From NCBI GenBank assembly GCA_032718475.1, contig JAUCBJ010004045.1:1-61791 (forward strand): a stretch of 61,791 nt of DNA, written 5' to 3'. The first letter of the stretch is position 1; every line of letters begins with the position of its first letter. Under the pieces are notes generated by a model. That model did no database searches. It was not told the DNA's origin and saw nothing but the letters and a program-made list of their open reading frames with translations. Source of the DNA: Nemertoderma westbladi (taxonomy: Eukaryota > Animalia > Xenacoelomorpha). Both the position numbers and the translations under genes were made by a program. Below are positions 12,590 through 26,090 of the stretch, in pieces.

Positions 12590-14913
12590 AAGGTGAAACC
12601 TATTCCATCATGTGGTCCCTTAAAGTGGTCTCCGTAACTCCATGTGATTTCAAGATTGTATGGATATAGTTGAAGTAATGCAAAGGTGAATCTAGAGTGG
12701 AACTGGCTGCTACAACCATCTGACCAAAAGTGAACATGTTTTAAATCGTATGGTGAACATACTCTTGAACATCGACTATCTTTCTACATGATATGAAGCT
12801 GACGAATTTGTCATGTTAATTTCATTTGAGACCACAACAAACGACTAAACCCTCAGATTGTTGTCACCACGTTCATCATTATCTAATAAGTCATTCGATT
12901 ATTCATTATTAGAAGACGTATTAGTTGGAGGAAAATAATAGACTACAGCTGTGAAGAGTGAAACGTTTTCATGTCCAAAGAAAGCATTCTGAATTTCATG
13001 GCGCTGTTCGTGTTCGTTGGTGTAATTGTGTGCAAAATTGAGAGAAACTATGATACTACCAACTGATAGGGTTTCTTTAGATATCGTAATTCAGCGTGCT
13101 GGCGCTTATAAGAAAACATATGTCTCCTAAAGTTAATGAGTTGTTTTTTAAGTATCTCAACAAATTCATTTCCAGCTGATTCCATAAGAACTTTCTTATG
13201 TTGTTTCTTGTTATTATCAAGTGTGACTACCACCACCCATTGGTAATAAAGAATGAGTTCTTGTAGTTTCAGTTCATTCAGTTCTATATCTATCGCGTTG
13301 ATTCCTGGGCCAAAATTCACTGTATCACCAGTAGACTTTAAGCAAGGATGCAAATGCATCAAGAGCTCAGCTGGTTTCTTACACAATGAGCCAGTCTTCT
13401 CCAACTGCAATTATAAGTTCTCGCACGTATCACACCTACAATTGTCCTTTGGAATACTTCCATTAAGAAGAAAATGTTTAGTTTCATTTACAATTTTCTG
13501 CAATGCATGGTACGTTAATGGTCCTTTCTCTTTCTTGTATAATTCAAGAGTCCAATGTCCAGAACAAATAATGCTTTGGTTTGAAAACTGACAGACTATT
13601 GACTTTTCCTATATATACAGTATCTTTTCTGCTCGGGCAACAGTAACTGACATCTGGGGATTCAAGAAAAGTCATGATGTCTTTCTGACTTGCAGTGTTC
13701 AATGATGGATGACCACCTAAAGGTGTTTTTACAACGAAAGATTTGCTAGTTGGTGACAAACTTGAAACAATAGAACCTAAAACTTAATTCCTCTTGTGAG
13801 GAAAAGAACATAACACCTGGACAACTTTTAACAGACCTGCTTAATGTTTGCCTGTTGGCAAATCCAGAAGTACTCGGAGTTGCAGAAGGGCTTATGGGTT
13901 GGGGATTGTTCTTGTGCAATCTCTTTGTCAACTTTTGTTTCCTATCATTTTTCCATTCCTATTCATTCATTCATTCATTCATTCCTACCTTTGACACTTT
14001 TATTTGTATTTCTCAACATTAGTCTCTTTCAGTTTTTGTCAGTACTTTTGTTTCCTTTTTCGCTCAATTTCTTTATGCAATGTCACTAATTTATCCCGTT
14101 TTCTCACTGCACTTGCGGCCTGTCTTTCTCTGCCTGTCTTGGCTATAAGTATATATCGATTAGAGAAGGGCCATCACAAAACGAATGCATTTGTACATAC
14201 TGGACAACTGAAATCCTACTATATGACTAACTACAACTATCTATGTACTTATCTATGTCTTGATAGGACTTGCTGAACAACGGTACAGTAGTAAAAAGCT
14301 TACATCAACTTACTTACAACTTACAGCCAGTAGGCGGCGAGAAGACACCCAGAAAGCACTCTCGTCAGGGACAGATAGTATTACCTACAGTAACGTCAGG
14401 GACAGACATAAATTTTTTACCTGTCAGCATACTGCAAATGTGAATGTAGGCTAACAGGCAAAACAACAAAGTTCAGCATAAGTAAAACTCGATAAATTAG
14501 AAGAAACCATTGTCACACATGATTTAAAATTCCCACCAAATAAAAAAAACTCGAAAAATTTGTCAGGGACAGAAGGCAGGGACAGACATTAATTAGACTT
14601 CGTTTTTCACGTCAAATGATGCCAATAAGCCTTCCTGCCCGCAATTAAAAAAAAATATTAAATAAAACTGATTGGATGCATTTTAATTAGACTTGAACTT
14701 TCCTTATTTGTTCAGCGTCAGGGACAGAATAATATTCGGCAATTGCCATTGCATTCAAATTGATTTGTAGAGCATTTAAAGCGAACTAATATATTTTAGT
14801 TAACCAGATTCTAATACTACTATTATTCCTAAACACAATCCCGAAAAAAAAACCTTGATAAAGGTTATTTTGAAAAATGACTGAAAATGTTACACGTTTT
14901 CAATAACGCCCTC
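12590..14913 (-). mobile_element. Decayed Sola2-like DNA transposon (5' end and transposase remnants)
   Basis: Minus-strand motifs NFAHNY...HEIQNAFFGHENVSLFTAVVY, SDGCSSQF and KGPHDGIG; candidate terminus GAGGGCGTTATTG at 14913; repeated subterminal (GT)CAGGGACAGA motifs at 14364-14728. The other end was not found. Confidence 0.6.
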
Positions 14914-16049
14914 AATGTGTACAGATCTACAGTATGAGTCAATACGTATCACAGGAGGCATGATGGAGGGGGGGATAGTCTATTCGCAAAACCTATCTTG
15001 GAGAATTAAAAGCACGTCCCAGTGAATTATTAACAATGATAATTATTAAGTGAGACAAAGGGGCAGGTTGCTGTGGTAAGATAATGGATAGAATAATAAT
15101 GATTTTTATTATGTACTATATGTATTATTTATTTTGGAATAAAGATGTAATGTAAGAAGAGCACAAAACGACAGGTATGTATAACCAATAAAATATAATT
15201 TGGTGGCACCGGTAATAATTATTTATAGTATTATTTATTGTAACAACAACTTATATTGTTTTGGTTTGAAAAGCAACACCATGTAACCTGGCCAACATAG
15301 TTTATTATATTACATATTATTTACATGCATTAAATGTCCAGTTACTGCTGAACTGTACGATATGACAGCAACAATCACAGCTTGTTACCAAGGTTTGCTC
15401 GGTTATGATTAATTCTCTGACTATGGCCATTCAGGGCAAAGCTCTGAATTGTATTGATTTACAGTAGGCCTAAAACTACGTAATAGTTTATCTGTATACT
15501 CTATGACTATGACATGGACAAGTACTGGGTGCCAGAAGATGATTAATTAAATACTCCAGTATTTTCGATTTCTCTGGCTGCACCTATTGCTCCAAGTGGT
15601 ATTCCTATCATCCCCCTAACAATTTCGCAATCTCCATTGGAGATTAGTGTTACCCAGGCAATTAGTGTCTCAAGTATTCTGTCTTTCAATGAAACACCAC
15701 CTCCGACCCACTCACTCCACCACTCACTCTTTGACTTTCTGCTAAAGTAACCGGATTCTCTGTAATTTAACTTTATAGTAAGTCTTTCATTTGCCTATCA
15801 CTTGCCAATCACCCCCCTAACAATTTCGCAATCTCCATTTGAGATTAATGTTACCCAAGAAATTAGTGGCTCAAGAATTATGTCTTTCAATGAAACACCA
15901 CCTCCGCCTTCACTGCAACCGCAACCAGTTCATGTTAATGTACAGTCAACCTTGACTGGTTTAATGAAGCAAGTGTTTGAAACGATCAATTTATATGATT
16001 TTCACCCTCCTCTCCCTCTTCCACTGCAACCAGAACCAGAAAATATACT

Positions 16050-16900
16050 GTGAAATATTATCCAATGTATATCAAAATGGTTTACTGCGATTATCCAGTA
16101 GGCCTACATGAGACGTTGGAATGTAGGGTATAGAACTACATCTTCCCCCCCATCATCAGACCACTTCCCACAACATTGAAACTTCTCCTTCGGACCATAA
16201 TCATCTCTAATACATATGAATTCGTTTCAGTTGTTGGATCACCACCAATCTTTCGCTTTATGATTCAGTGGTTTGTATTTGGAACCCCAGTCAGATGTCC
16301 AATAACAGGTATAATAAACTCATTGAAATGTTTTCGGGTTGTGGTTGGTGGTTGGTGCTTTCTCATGTTTAATGTAACATATGCATTCAACAACAGCCTT
16401 TGAAAGAAGTGAATGCCCAACTTCTTGAACCACGAGTGTGATCACTGCGAGGCATTTGTGGAAGCAATATGCTGGTCCATGATATCCACACCACCCATTG
16501 TATGATTATACAGTCTATAGCTGCAGGTTTCAGATATTCAGTCTGCTCCCCTCCATTTATATATCGAGGTTTTGTTACTTTGCCTGCTTTGTCTATTGTT
16601 GTAAGGAAGTAAATCCATATTTTATTACAGAACTTGATAATCAATACACTTCCATCACTAAAGTCGTCTCATGTATTTTCAATGAGACTGGTTGAACATC
16701 TAATTGTTTTAGTTTATCTGGGACACCGTGGTCTTCTTTCATAGTACCCCTTATCCCTGTCAATCGTCCATTCAGAAACAGGCCAAGCCTAAGACTCACA
16801 TACCTTGTATCATACTTGTATCAGGTAAAGCACAAATCCGTTTGCCAACAAGGAAATATCTTGGAGAAAGTGGACGAATATCATCATCAAGTTTAGAATA
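16050..16900 (-). pseudogene. piggyBac transposase C-terminal fragment
   Basis: Across frameshifts: GTMKEDHGVPDKLK, KPAAID-YNHTMGGVDIMDQHIAS and WFKKLGIHFFQRLLNAY, the typical piggyBac YN..MGGVD..DQ motif. Confidence 0.8.
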
Positions 16901-16919
16901 CATGTACATGGGTTAGAAA

Positions 16920-17200
16920 TCACTTTTAAAGGACCTACGAAATCCACACCAATTACTTCAAATGGACTTGATGATGAGTAGTTCTTGGATGTGGCAATGG
17001 ACTGATTTCTGGTTTTGTAAAAGGCTTTCCTTGGATGCGTTTACATTGGAAACAAGATGAAATCACTTGTTTAACAATCACTTGGGATCCAATACCATTC
17101 TCGTAAATCTACAATTGTATCTCTGACTCTGGCGTGCAAAACATGTTCATGAGAATTAAGAATGACTAGACCAGTGTAATTATCAAACATTGGGACAAAT
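16920..17200 (-). pseudogene. BEL/Pao LTR retrotransposon integrase fragment
   Basis: Minus strand: VKQVISSCFQCKRIQGKPF...PLP..R...PFEVIGVDFVGPF (HHCC zinc finger to first catalytic Asp). Confidence 0.75.
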
Positions 17201-18639
17201 TGAAATTAAAGCTAAAATAATGAATTCTATATTCTTTCTTTCTAAATTTCTATATTCATTACATTTAGAAACTATTTGAAATCAGTTTGAGAAAGTACTT
17301 GTAAGCACTTGTAAACCATCTCACAGGATTGAATAGATGCCGCACAAATGAAACAAGGAAGGTTGATTGAGAACAGAAGCCATGTACTACAGTAGCGTAA
17401 TACCTTACGTTAAAAGGTTTCACAACTTGAAAATGTTCAAAATTGAGTGTCCCCATTTTTCAATATTTTGTAAAAAATTCTTATATTGAATTTTATGTAT
17501 AAAAAAATACATTACCTTCCTAATGTTCTAGAACAAAAAAGTCATGAAATTTTTAATGAAATGTTTAGAAGATGTTTAGAGAGCATTTACACATAAAATA
17601 ACCCTTAAAAACCATTGGTTATAAAATCTTGCCGGGCTACAGTACTGCTGGTGCCGACCTTCCCAAGATTTGCTGGCATTAGTGGTACCTTGCTTGGGTC
17701 ACCATTTCCAACGACTTTTTTTTATATAGAGTTAAATACCAATACCAGTATGTTATTATGAAATTATTTCATGTGTCACTGAAAAAAACAAAACCGGGTT
17801 TTTTTTTTAAAACTGCCAGTTCTGCTGATAAAACCCGGGTTAGATTGGTAACAGAATTGAAGGGGGTTTTCAGCAAAACTGCAGCTACTTTTAAAATTAA
17901 ACAAGCATTTTTTTGCAGCAAAAATTGCCGTTATTTGGCTAAAAACTGGCATTTTTTATACTACAAAGTTAAATTTTACCTACATCCATCGAAATACTGT
18001 TTTTATTTTTATAACAGTCAGTTTAATGTAATAAATACTGGTTATGATCATTTAAAACACCAGTTTCATCTGTAAAACCGCCAGTTCGATTATATATCTG
18101 TAAATAAATACAGGATTTTTTCATTAAAAAAATGGCAGTTCAACTAAATTAAAAACATGCTTATTAGAAAAAAATGGCTTTTTTGAAAAAAAAAAATGGC
18201 ACTTAGACTAAATTAAAACATTGAAAAAATGGCATTTTAACAAAATGAAAACATGGTTTTATTGAAAAAATTTGACTAAGGCATTTTAACTGAATGAAAA
18301 CATAGTATTTTTGAAAAAAAAATGGCAGTTAGAGACTAAATTAAAACATGGTTTTTTTTAAAATGGCAGTTCAACTAAATGAAAACATGACTTTATAATT
18401 ATGTGTCTAAAAGTTCGGGGTATTTTTTAGGATGGGGTTGCATTTTTATTAATGCAATTAATTAATTACAATAAGATATATTTATCCCTATTCATCCTTC
18501 TAATTTTTTTAAATATTTTTTATATAAATTTTTAGCACATTTACTATATCATTATAATAACAAACAATCATCATAATAACATTGCATTACTGGACCGGTA
18601 TCGGGTATGGCACACATACACAGTCATAGCAGTACCCCT

Positions 18640-18905
18640 TTCTTCTTACTCTCCGCCTCTTCATCAGCAGCTAAATATTTAGCGGAGTTGGTCTTCGCAA
18701 CGTTCTCCGATTTATATTCCTCCAATAGCCTTTACTTGTTCTTAGCCTTGCATTATTATTACTTCCAAAAAAAATGAATTCAATATTCCAGACCACGACT
18801 TGTCTCTCTCAGCCCCTCTGCGACTTATCCTGGCCAAGCTTCTTTATTTTTTGACATTCAAGCAAAAACAAGTTTCCCAACCCGAAATTCGGGGCTGCGA
18901 TTCTC
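18640..18905 (-). pseudogene. Decayed PWWP-like domain
   Basis: Manual translation: FRVGKLVFA*MSKNKEAWPG*V...EY*IHFFGSNNNARL...LLEEYKSENVAKTNSAKYLAADEEA, matching the PWWP pattern GDLVWAK...WPG...V.FFG...A.EA. Confidence 0.6.
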
Positions 18906-19084
18906 ACCCTCCGAATCAGAAGAAAGAACAAACATTACGCCTTTCGCTCTCCCGAATCGCCTTTCTCCATGTCCTTATCTTCCCCCTCGCTGTCACTTAC
19001 CAGTTTTATATGTCCACTTACGTTTATCTAGGCCTAATGGTTTACTTCCTATTCTGCCGCCACCCCCTTTATTGCTATAACTAT

Positions 19085-19260
19085 TTCTTTCCATCACCCC
19101 CTTTATCCCCTCCACCTACCTTCCCCCCACCAACTCCTTTCTCCCCACCACCATCATCTTCCTCCCCTCCAACTCCTTTCTCCCCACCACCACCACCCCC
19201 TTTCTCCCCACCACCAGCCCCTTTATTCCCAACACCACCCTTTTCGCCACAATCCACGTT
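19085..19260. repeat. C-rich degenerate minisatellite (~24-bp unit)
   Basis: Repeated ctcctttctccccaccacca-like units; these explain the Pro-rich and Gly-rich ORFs. Confidence 0.8.
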
Positions 19261-19899
19261 CACCCCACTGCGTTTTATGCGACCTTTTTTGTTATGGCGA
19301 CACATGGTAAACCTCGACTGGAAAATACCGGCCTACAATGATAACTTGATAAATATATTTAACCCAACCTTTTTTATCACTTTCAAGTTTCATTTATTTA
19401 AGAAATTTAAAAACGACTTTGCACAAAACAATAACATAACTTCACCTTATATTGTATGTTTAATCATTACTTACCTATATGCCATAAGGAGTTGGCCCCC
19501 TTAAGCTAAACATTGCACGTCCGTCTTACTATGGCACCCCATTGATGACTGGCTGTAACCGGATCGGCAGCACATAGGCTGGATGAACTCTATGAAGTGG
19601 TACATTTAAATTATGTCTCGCTAACAGTGACCCGCGCATTATTCGGCAGCCAGCATGTGGAAACTCTCAATGCAATTCTGCTACTAGTCTCAACAATATA
19701 TAATTCGAAACGGGAGAGTTTGATAAATATTTTAAAAGTAACACTCTCAAACATAGTTCTTCATATTCCTTTAGGGCCGACAAATCCTTAGATGCTTCAA
19801 ATAGATTCATTTTTGGGTCCTGTAATCTTTTATGAACTGTATTTATGCGTCCAAGGAGTGAACCCCAAAATGATAGAAGTACTACAAAACTAAAGTTAA

Positions 19900-20426
19900 G
19901 GTGTCAGTGTCTCCACAGTCTCTAGTCTCCACACTTTCAGAAATGTCACAGCTTAAATCTTCAATTAGATCTACTAGTTCTGGAAACTTCTCAATGATAA
20001 CCTTCACTGCCCCTTCCAACTTCACTTTCCCGCTTTACTGAAATGCCTATTTTGTCCTGAGCCTTGTCCGTCCATCGCTTCGTTGACCGTTATAAAAAAA
20101 AAAAAATAACTCTTTCACTGTGCCAAAAATTGTGATCACTGATGTATCAACAGAAGCAGCTTGAACAGCTGCCAAATTAAGGGAATGATATCACAATTAG
20201 TGAAGACAGCCTTTGTGTTTCTCTTTAATATTCTAGCTTGAGCACCATAGGAATGACTGCTCATGGTTGAAGCATTGTCAAACATTTGGTTGCGGCAGTT
20301 GCTGAATGAGAGACCATCTTCATCCAATGACTCCATTATTAGTTTCTCATAACCAGCAGCATCCTTCTCTGTAATCCTTCTCTGAATCTACGATGTGTTG
20401 GTGTGAAAGAAATCGTACGTTGCATA
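19900..20426 (-). pseudogene. hAT (ZMYM1/DUF4371-like) transposase fragment
   Basis: ESLDEDGLSFSNCRNQMFDNASTMSSHSYGAQARILKRNTKAVFTNCD followed by a shifted H.LNLA motif. Confidence 0.75.
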
Positions 20427-20429
20427 GTT

Positions 20430-20605
20430 GCTGCAAAGTTGGTTTTCTTTACTCTCACAAGCTGCTTGAGAATGGAGTCGAGGGGCCTGGAGGTGTATGA
20501 GGGCGCTTTGGCGTTAATTATTGCTACATCAAATGACGCTACCCTCTACCCAGATCCCTCTCGCCAGTAGATCAGCGCTGACTCCAACTTCTCGGCCATT
20601 GTTGT
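20430..20605 (-). pseudogene. Restriction-like endonuclease fragment of a CRE/R2-type non-LTR element
   Basis: Minus strand ADLLARGIW...FDVAIINAKAPSY...ILKQL-like motif (R.D...G.W...FDV). Confidence 0.55.
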
Positions 20606-20654
20606 CCAGGTCCAGGTATATTGTTTTTTTCATTTTTTACCATCCAGGTCCAGG

Positions 20655-20790
20655 TATATTGTTTTTTTCATTTTTGGCCTATGTAGAGGACTAAAACAGC
20701 AATTTATAGTAATTAATTCAATTATAAATATTTTCGAATGGATTTTGCGCCCCAGAAAACCTGTATTGAAAAACAATTAGCCGAAAATTG
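20655..20790 (+). repeat. Fragment of the piggyBac-type MITE family at 40757 and 50100
   Basis: gaggactaaa...ttttgcgccccagaaaacctgtattgaaaaacaattagccgaaaa is shared with 41850-41950 and 51318-51420. Confidence 0.8.
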
Positions 20791-21827
20791 TCTGGGGTCA
20801 ATTAACCCACATTTTGAAACATAGAACAGTCTAAAAAATGGCATAGAAAGTTTTTGGAATGTTGACTCTTGATTTTGGGCGATAGGATCATGGAGAAAAA
20901 GATCTGCAATAGTTTTACTACAATATTTACAGCACACTGACATATTTCTGTTATACTTGCAGTTAAAAATAATTTTTGCCATTTTCATACAGTCTGAATT
21001 CATCTTATTGCAAAAAATCGGCAAAGATAATAATGTTTCTGAGAGTAGTGCTCAGGTTCTGAGTTAAAATATCCCAGGGGAAGGGTACTAGTACCAGGTT
21101 CTTCCACTCTAAATCTCAATCAGATTCTGATAAAATACTTATAGGTGCATATCGACTCAAAGTTCTTGTGGAGGAAGCAGATACAGACGGTTTTGCAAAA
21201 AATGACGCTTTCTATATCATGCTTGAGACAAATAAAAGGACAAATTACAATTATTACAATCATTGGCATTACCTTATCGTAATTACTGCTCTCAAATTTT
21301 ATTATCTCTTTACGGTGGTAGACTGCTCCAAAGATATTCTATACAAATTTGAAAAAACACAAAATAATGCATTGCGGTTATTTAGGAAGGGTAATGGTGA
21401 TAGTACAAGAGCAAGCCGCATCCCGCTGTTGTCTGCCATACAAATATAATTCTACAAATATATCAAACTCAAGCCTTTTAACTCATTGGAATTACTTTTA
21501 ATACAAACATTCCTAAAGCAAATAACAAAAATATGAGTACAGCAGTATGATCATCAGTCTAGTTGGGTTGTGGAATGACCTACCCAAACACACTACAATG
21601 CATATTCAATATAATTATCATATGATTCTTATTGGTTTCAGCTGCCTTGTTGATATTTTGTTTATTGTTGTTCATTGTGTTTATTTTATTGTAACTTAAT
21701 TTAAAGTCTAGCAGGCGAAAAGCAGTTCTTTGGAATATCGTTTGCTAAAATAATGAGTTTTTGAAACATGGGATCTTAAACCAGAGTATGTATTAGAGTT
21801 GCAACAGAGACTTGTCACTGATCTCTG

Positions 21828-23486
21828 GGCCGAGTAACTCAAAAAATCTTGAGATTGACCTTGAAACTAACCTTGAATCTATTTTACTAGTATTCCTATC
21901 TGAAATATTTCAAGGTCAACCTTAAGGTAGACTTCAGATTTTCCTCAAGGTAAACTTGAAATTTCAAGCCGGTAACACAAAATATCTTGACTTGAGTTGA
22001 AGTCAAGGTTCGAGATAAATTTCAAGGTAGCCATGTAGGTACCTTCAAATTTCAAGGTATCTTCAAATCAATGTTTCAGCTGTTAGCTGTAGCCTTCCGC
22101 TACCGGTACCGTAAGCGGCATTTTTGCAGAATACCCCAGACCCGAAATTTCTAAATAAAACTCAGTTTATCATGAATATAATGAATGATACTGTAGCTAG
22201 AGTTATACTGTACAGCGGCACTTCTACGAGTATGTGTACCCATGACCGGGATTTTTTGGTAGTAGCTAGTTTTTGCTACTTCTTTTTTAATTTTCTATGT
22301 CAAATTAGCTATAGGCCTAGTTTTGTAAAAAAAATGTTCTAGAACAAATATTTTTTGTTCTAGAACATTTGAAAAAAATAAATTTATTATAAATTATTTG
22401 TTATGTTAATAAATATAAATATAGAATATAGAATAAATAAAGAATTCACCCAACCATGTAGGTGTATGTTGTTTTGAGTATGGCAACTAATGTCTGGGAA
22501 TAACAAAGTGTTTCCATAGGCTGATAGGCTTCCCCTCTAACATTTCGAAATATTATTTCTGTGAAGTGCCGCAAAAAATATAAATACAAAAATTAATCGC
22601 CATGTCGTGTAACATTTTGTTCTTGGAATGTAGTTAAATAAATTGTCAGGGGACGCTAAAACACAAATTGTATTTTCTCACGGACGTCTTCTAACATGCT
22701 TAAATATATTTTAAATTTTGGTAAGAAACATTACGTAGGATGTCATATAAAACCATCAATAAGCCTATTAATTGGAATGGTAGTGGTTGTAATGCGAAGG
22801 TTGCGAAATGTCTTGCCCAATCTTTATTATAATTTTTGTTAGGTACAGCTTAGCAAATTAGGTAAAAAGGCGTTCAGGTGGGATCGAACTGGTGATCTCC
22901 GGGTTGGAAGTCTGACGCTCTAACCATTCAGCTAGCGGCTCAGGTAAAAGGGAGAACTGGAAATACTACCTGATACCTTGTATGTCCGCACTTTACCTCA
23001 TCATGGCCTCCCATCTGTCAACACATCGCCTGTGAAAGCGGTATTCATTTTAGTAACCAACCACCTTAAAGCCCGGTTGCATCTCTATAGTTCCTAATTT
23101 TAGTTTAAGTACTACATTGCTCACCCTCACAACCGTGATTATATTTCCCACATACAGTATGTCACTTCGATATACTGTATAGGCCAAACTGTTTAACGCT
23201 TAAACGCTTTAACGTACTGTATTGAGTAGGCGTACTGTATATTATTGCAGGTGCAATGGGATTCACTGCATAACCTAGGCAACTGCTGAAATAAACAAAT
23301 ACTTCGTCCATCTTTAATACTCAAGGTGAGCCTTGAAATTTCAAGTATCACCTTGACTAAGTATTGCTTTGAGTTACCCGCTTGACTGAAACTCAAGAAA
23401 ATCTTAGTCAAGGTAAAACTTGAGTTTCAAGGTGACCTTGAAGTGGATTTCAAGGTCAATCTCAAGATTTTTTGAGTTACTCGGCC
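21828..23486. mobile_element. Harbinger-type MITE nested in the hAT MITE
   Basis: ~38-bp TIR GGCCGAGTAACTCAAAAAATCTTGAGATTGACCTTGAAA; 3-bp TSD CTG on both sides; many subterminal TCAAGGT/ACCTTGA motifs. Confidence 0.85.
22826..23018 (-). mobile_element. tRNA-containing short repeat, family B copy 1
   Basis: Reverse complement of 55330-55520; A box TAGCTGAATGG and B box AGTTCGATCC. Confidence 0.8.
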
Positions 23487-26090
23487 CTGTTCTCTGGATT
23501 CTCCGGGCTATTTTTTGGTCTCCGGATAGGTATCTGGTTCCCGGGTATTGAAAACACACATTTTACCCAGAGATCAGTGATTTTCCAAATTATAAATAGT
23601 TTAAATTAAATTAAAAAATAATTAAGTAATTAATTAAATAAATTTAAAAATAGATCCTGTACAACACAAAATGTGAAATGAAGATTATTTTTCACAATTT
23701 TTTTACAACTAATAATAATATCTTTAATTTTTAACTATTTTTAATACTCTGCTTCAACAAAATTATATATTCACTTTTACACTACTTTTAATCTAACTCT
23801 AAATCGGACTCAAACTAAATGTACCGATAATCTTCTATTTACAGTAATTAATTTAAGGTGCGTTTAATTTTATGTTTTAGCACGTAAAGAGGGTTCTTAT
23901 TTAAGGATAAGGGCGCTTAATTTGAGCACCCATAAAGTTTAAAAGTGAAAGAAAGGGCTGATCTCCATTCAACTTGTTGTAGGATAGATAATATGACGAC
24001 CAAATGAAGAGAAAGAGCGTAACGAGGCTTGTAAATGGGGCGAGTAGAGTACCATACCTGTGCACTGTATTCGTAAATTACTAAGGTTATTTTATAGTAC
24101 ATTGAATTAAATGTATATGATTTGAACAATTGTAAAATAAGTGCCTTTAATGAACAAAGTACCGGTACCTATGGCCCAAAACAAATTAATGTAACATATT
24201 ATTACCAATAACAAAATAAGAACGAATTAATAAACAAATAACCAAATTAATATTCTCAATCCGTATGTACCTGTTTGTGCTTTAGGGGACTTATCAAAAT
24301 GTAAGCACAAAAATATGTAGTCTCTGATCTCCGGCTCTGGTCTCCGGTATTTTCCAAAATAATTCTCCGGGTAGGTCTCTGGTTCACCGGGATTAAGAAA
24401 AATTGGTCTCTGTTGCAACTCTAGTATGTATGAAACTTACTTCCACATATACTGCTCTATCAGTCAGTTACGTTGCACACAACATTGATTGAATTCGAAT
24501 ATTTGTGGTCCCATAGGTAATCCTCCATTCTACATATTTATAAAAGTGAGCAATATATCCAGATAATATTATTATAATAAAGAAAAATCATAATATATCT
24601 ATAAAATATAAGATAAATAAAAAAAAAGGTCCATAATCCAATATCCACAACGTGTATTTATCACTCACCTGCACATATAGTGATAAAGTTTATGATTGAT
24701 ATTGATTACATTATATTGGGTAAGACTATATGAATAAGTCGAGTTTAATAACTATGAAATATAAGATAAAAGTCCCATAATTCTGGTTTGCGATAACAAA
24801 ATCTATATCATGTATATATATCACTCACTTGAATTTGTATACTGATAAAGTTTATCATTGATATTGATTATTGATTACATAATATGCATATTAACGCCTG
24901 AATTAAATTTTCCGATGGCCTCAGCTAGTGCTTGGGAATACATTAAAAGTTATGGGTCCCATAAAAGTACACCCAGTAGTAAGACCCCCTCCTTTTGAGG
25001 GGAGTAATTGCTCAGTATTGGTTTAGCAATTAGGCCTGGCCACATATTATCCTTTACACATATCTGACTTTGCACACACCTGATTGTTGAATGTAAATCT
25101 ATGTTGAATGTAAATCTATTTATTCCCTGACAGAAACTGCCACTCTTTGTCATACTCTAGGTCTGAGGATGACCATGACTGGGGATCTTTGTAAACAGCA
25201 GCATTAGCCTTCAATCAATATTTTTCATTATCTGACTTAGCCTCGGGAGTGGAATTTTAAAAATTAAATTTACATAACGAATCGATCGAATCTAACTATT
25301 TTTTATGTGTTTTTATATATTGCGTGATTCTAAAGCTTGGCACCTTGTTTGCTCAATACAGCAATATTTGAGCGATCAAGTGTTTCTACTGTATGTGCCT
25401 TGCAAAGTGAAGTGGTTTGTTGAACATAATACTGATGAAATATAATCTTCAATTTACAAACTTTAAGTACTCAGTCTGTCATAATCACTGCGACTTTCTC
25501 CCAAAGTTATTTCGCATTCCATTACAGTTTTTGCTGGTTCTCTGGAAGTACTGGTGTTGGAAACTAATAAGACTGATCCACTAGATGGATTGGGATCGAA
25601 TGTAACTTAATAGCATGGGTCCACTATCAATTAAATGCACAAATTGTTATAGCAGAGTTAAATATACCATATAACAGTTTATAAAACAGTTTAATAAAAC
25701 AAATTGATTAAAAATCGATAATATAAAAATCGATAATATAAAAACACAATTATTCAGTTTTAATCCACAGCCTACATCCCAGTGCCGTCTTCTGGCAGAC
25801 TTCTACATTCGACTGGATATTTGCCCTGATGTCTGAGGTCGTCGGTGGGCAGTACATGGGAGGTGGGGGGGGGGGGGGGGTACCTGGACATCCTCCAGCC
25901 TGTTAGGGATAGGCCATGCCACTTATCTTATACTGATTACTGTTTGTCTCATGATCAGCTGATAGTAGGTTACTATACTGCAGTCAGCTGGTACCATACA
26001 GTTAGAGACCATCCTTATTTAAGCAATAAAAATTATTGCTTAAATAAGGAATGTTAAAAATCCGCTAATTTTTACCTTGCTTAATTAAAT

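Larger units (their letters stand above)
21794..24423. mobile_element. hAT-type MITE (outer element of a nested set)
   Basis: TIR TAGAGTTGCAACAGAGAC / GTCTCTGTTGCAACTCTA; 8-bp TSD GTATGTAT at 21786-21793 and 24424-24431; subterminal TCTCCGG repeats. Confidence 0.9.

Noticed and set aside
15580-16053. 83-aa Pro-rich ORF
   Set aside because: Part of a ~110-bp local duplication (15605-15710 vs 15803-15910) with no start context or domain evidence.
18800-19504. 234-aa Pro-rich protein-coding gene
   Set aside because: The frame stays open because of a C-rich minisatellite; the recognisable domain signal (PWWP-like) is on the opposite strand.
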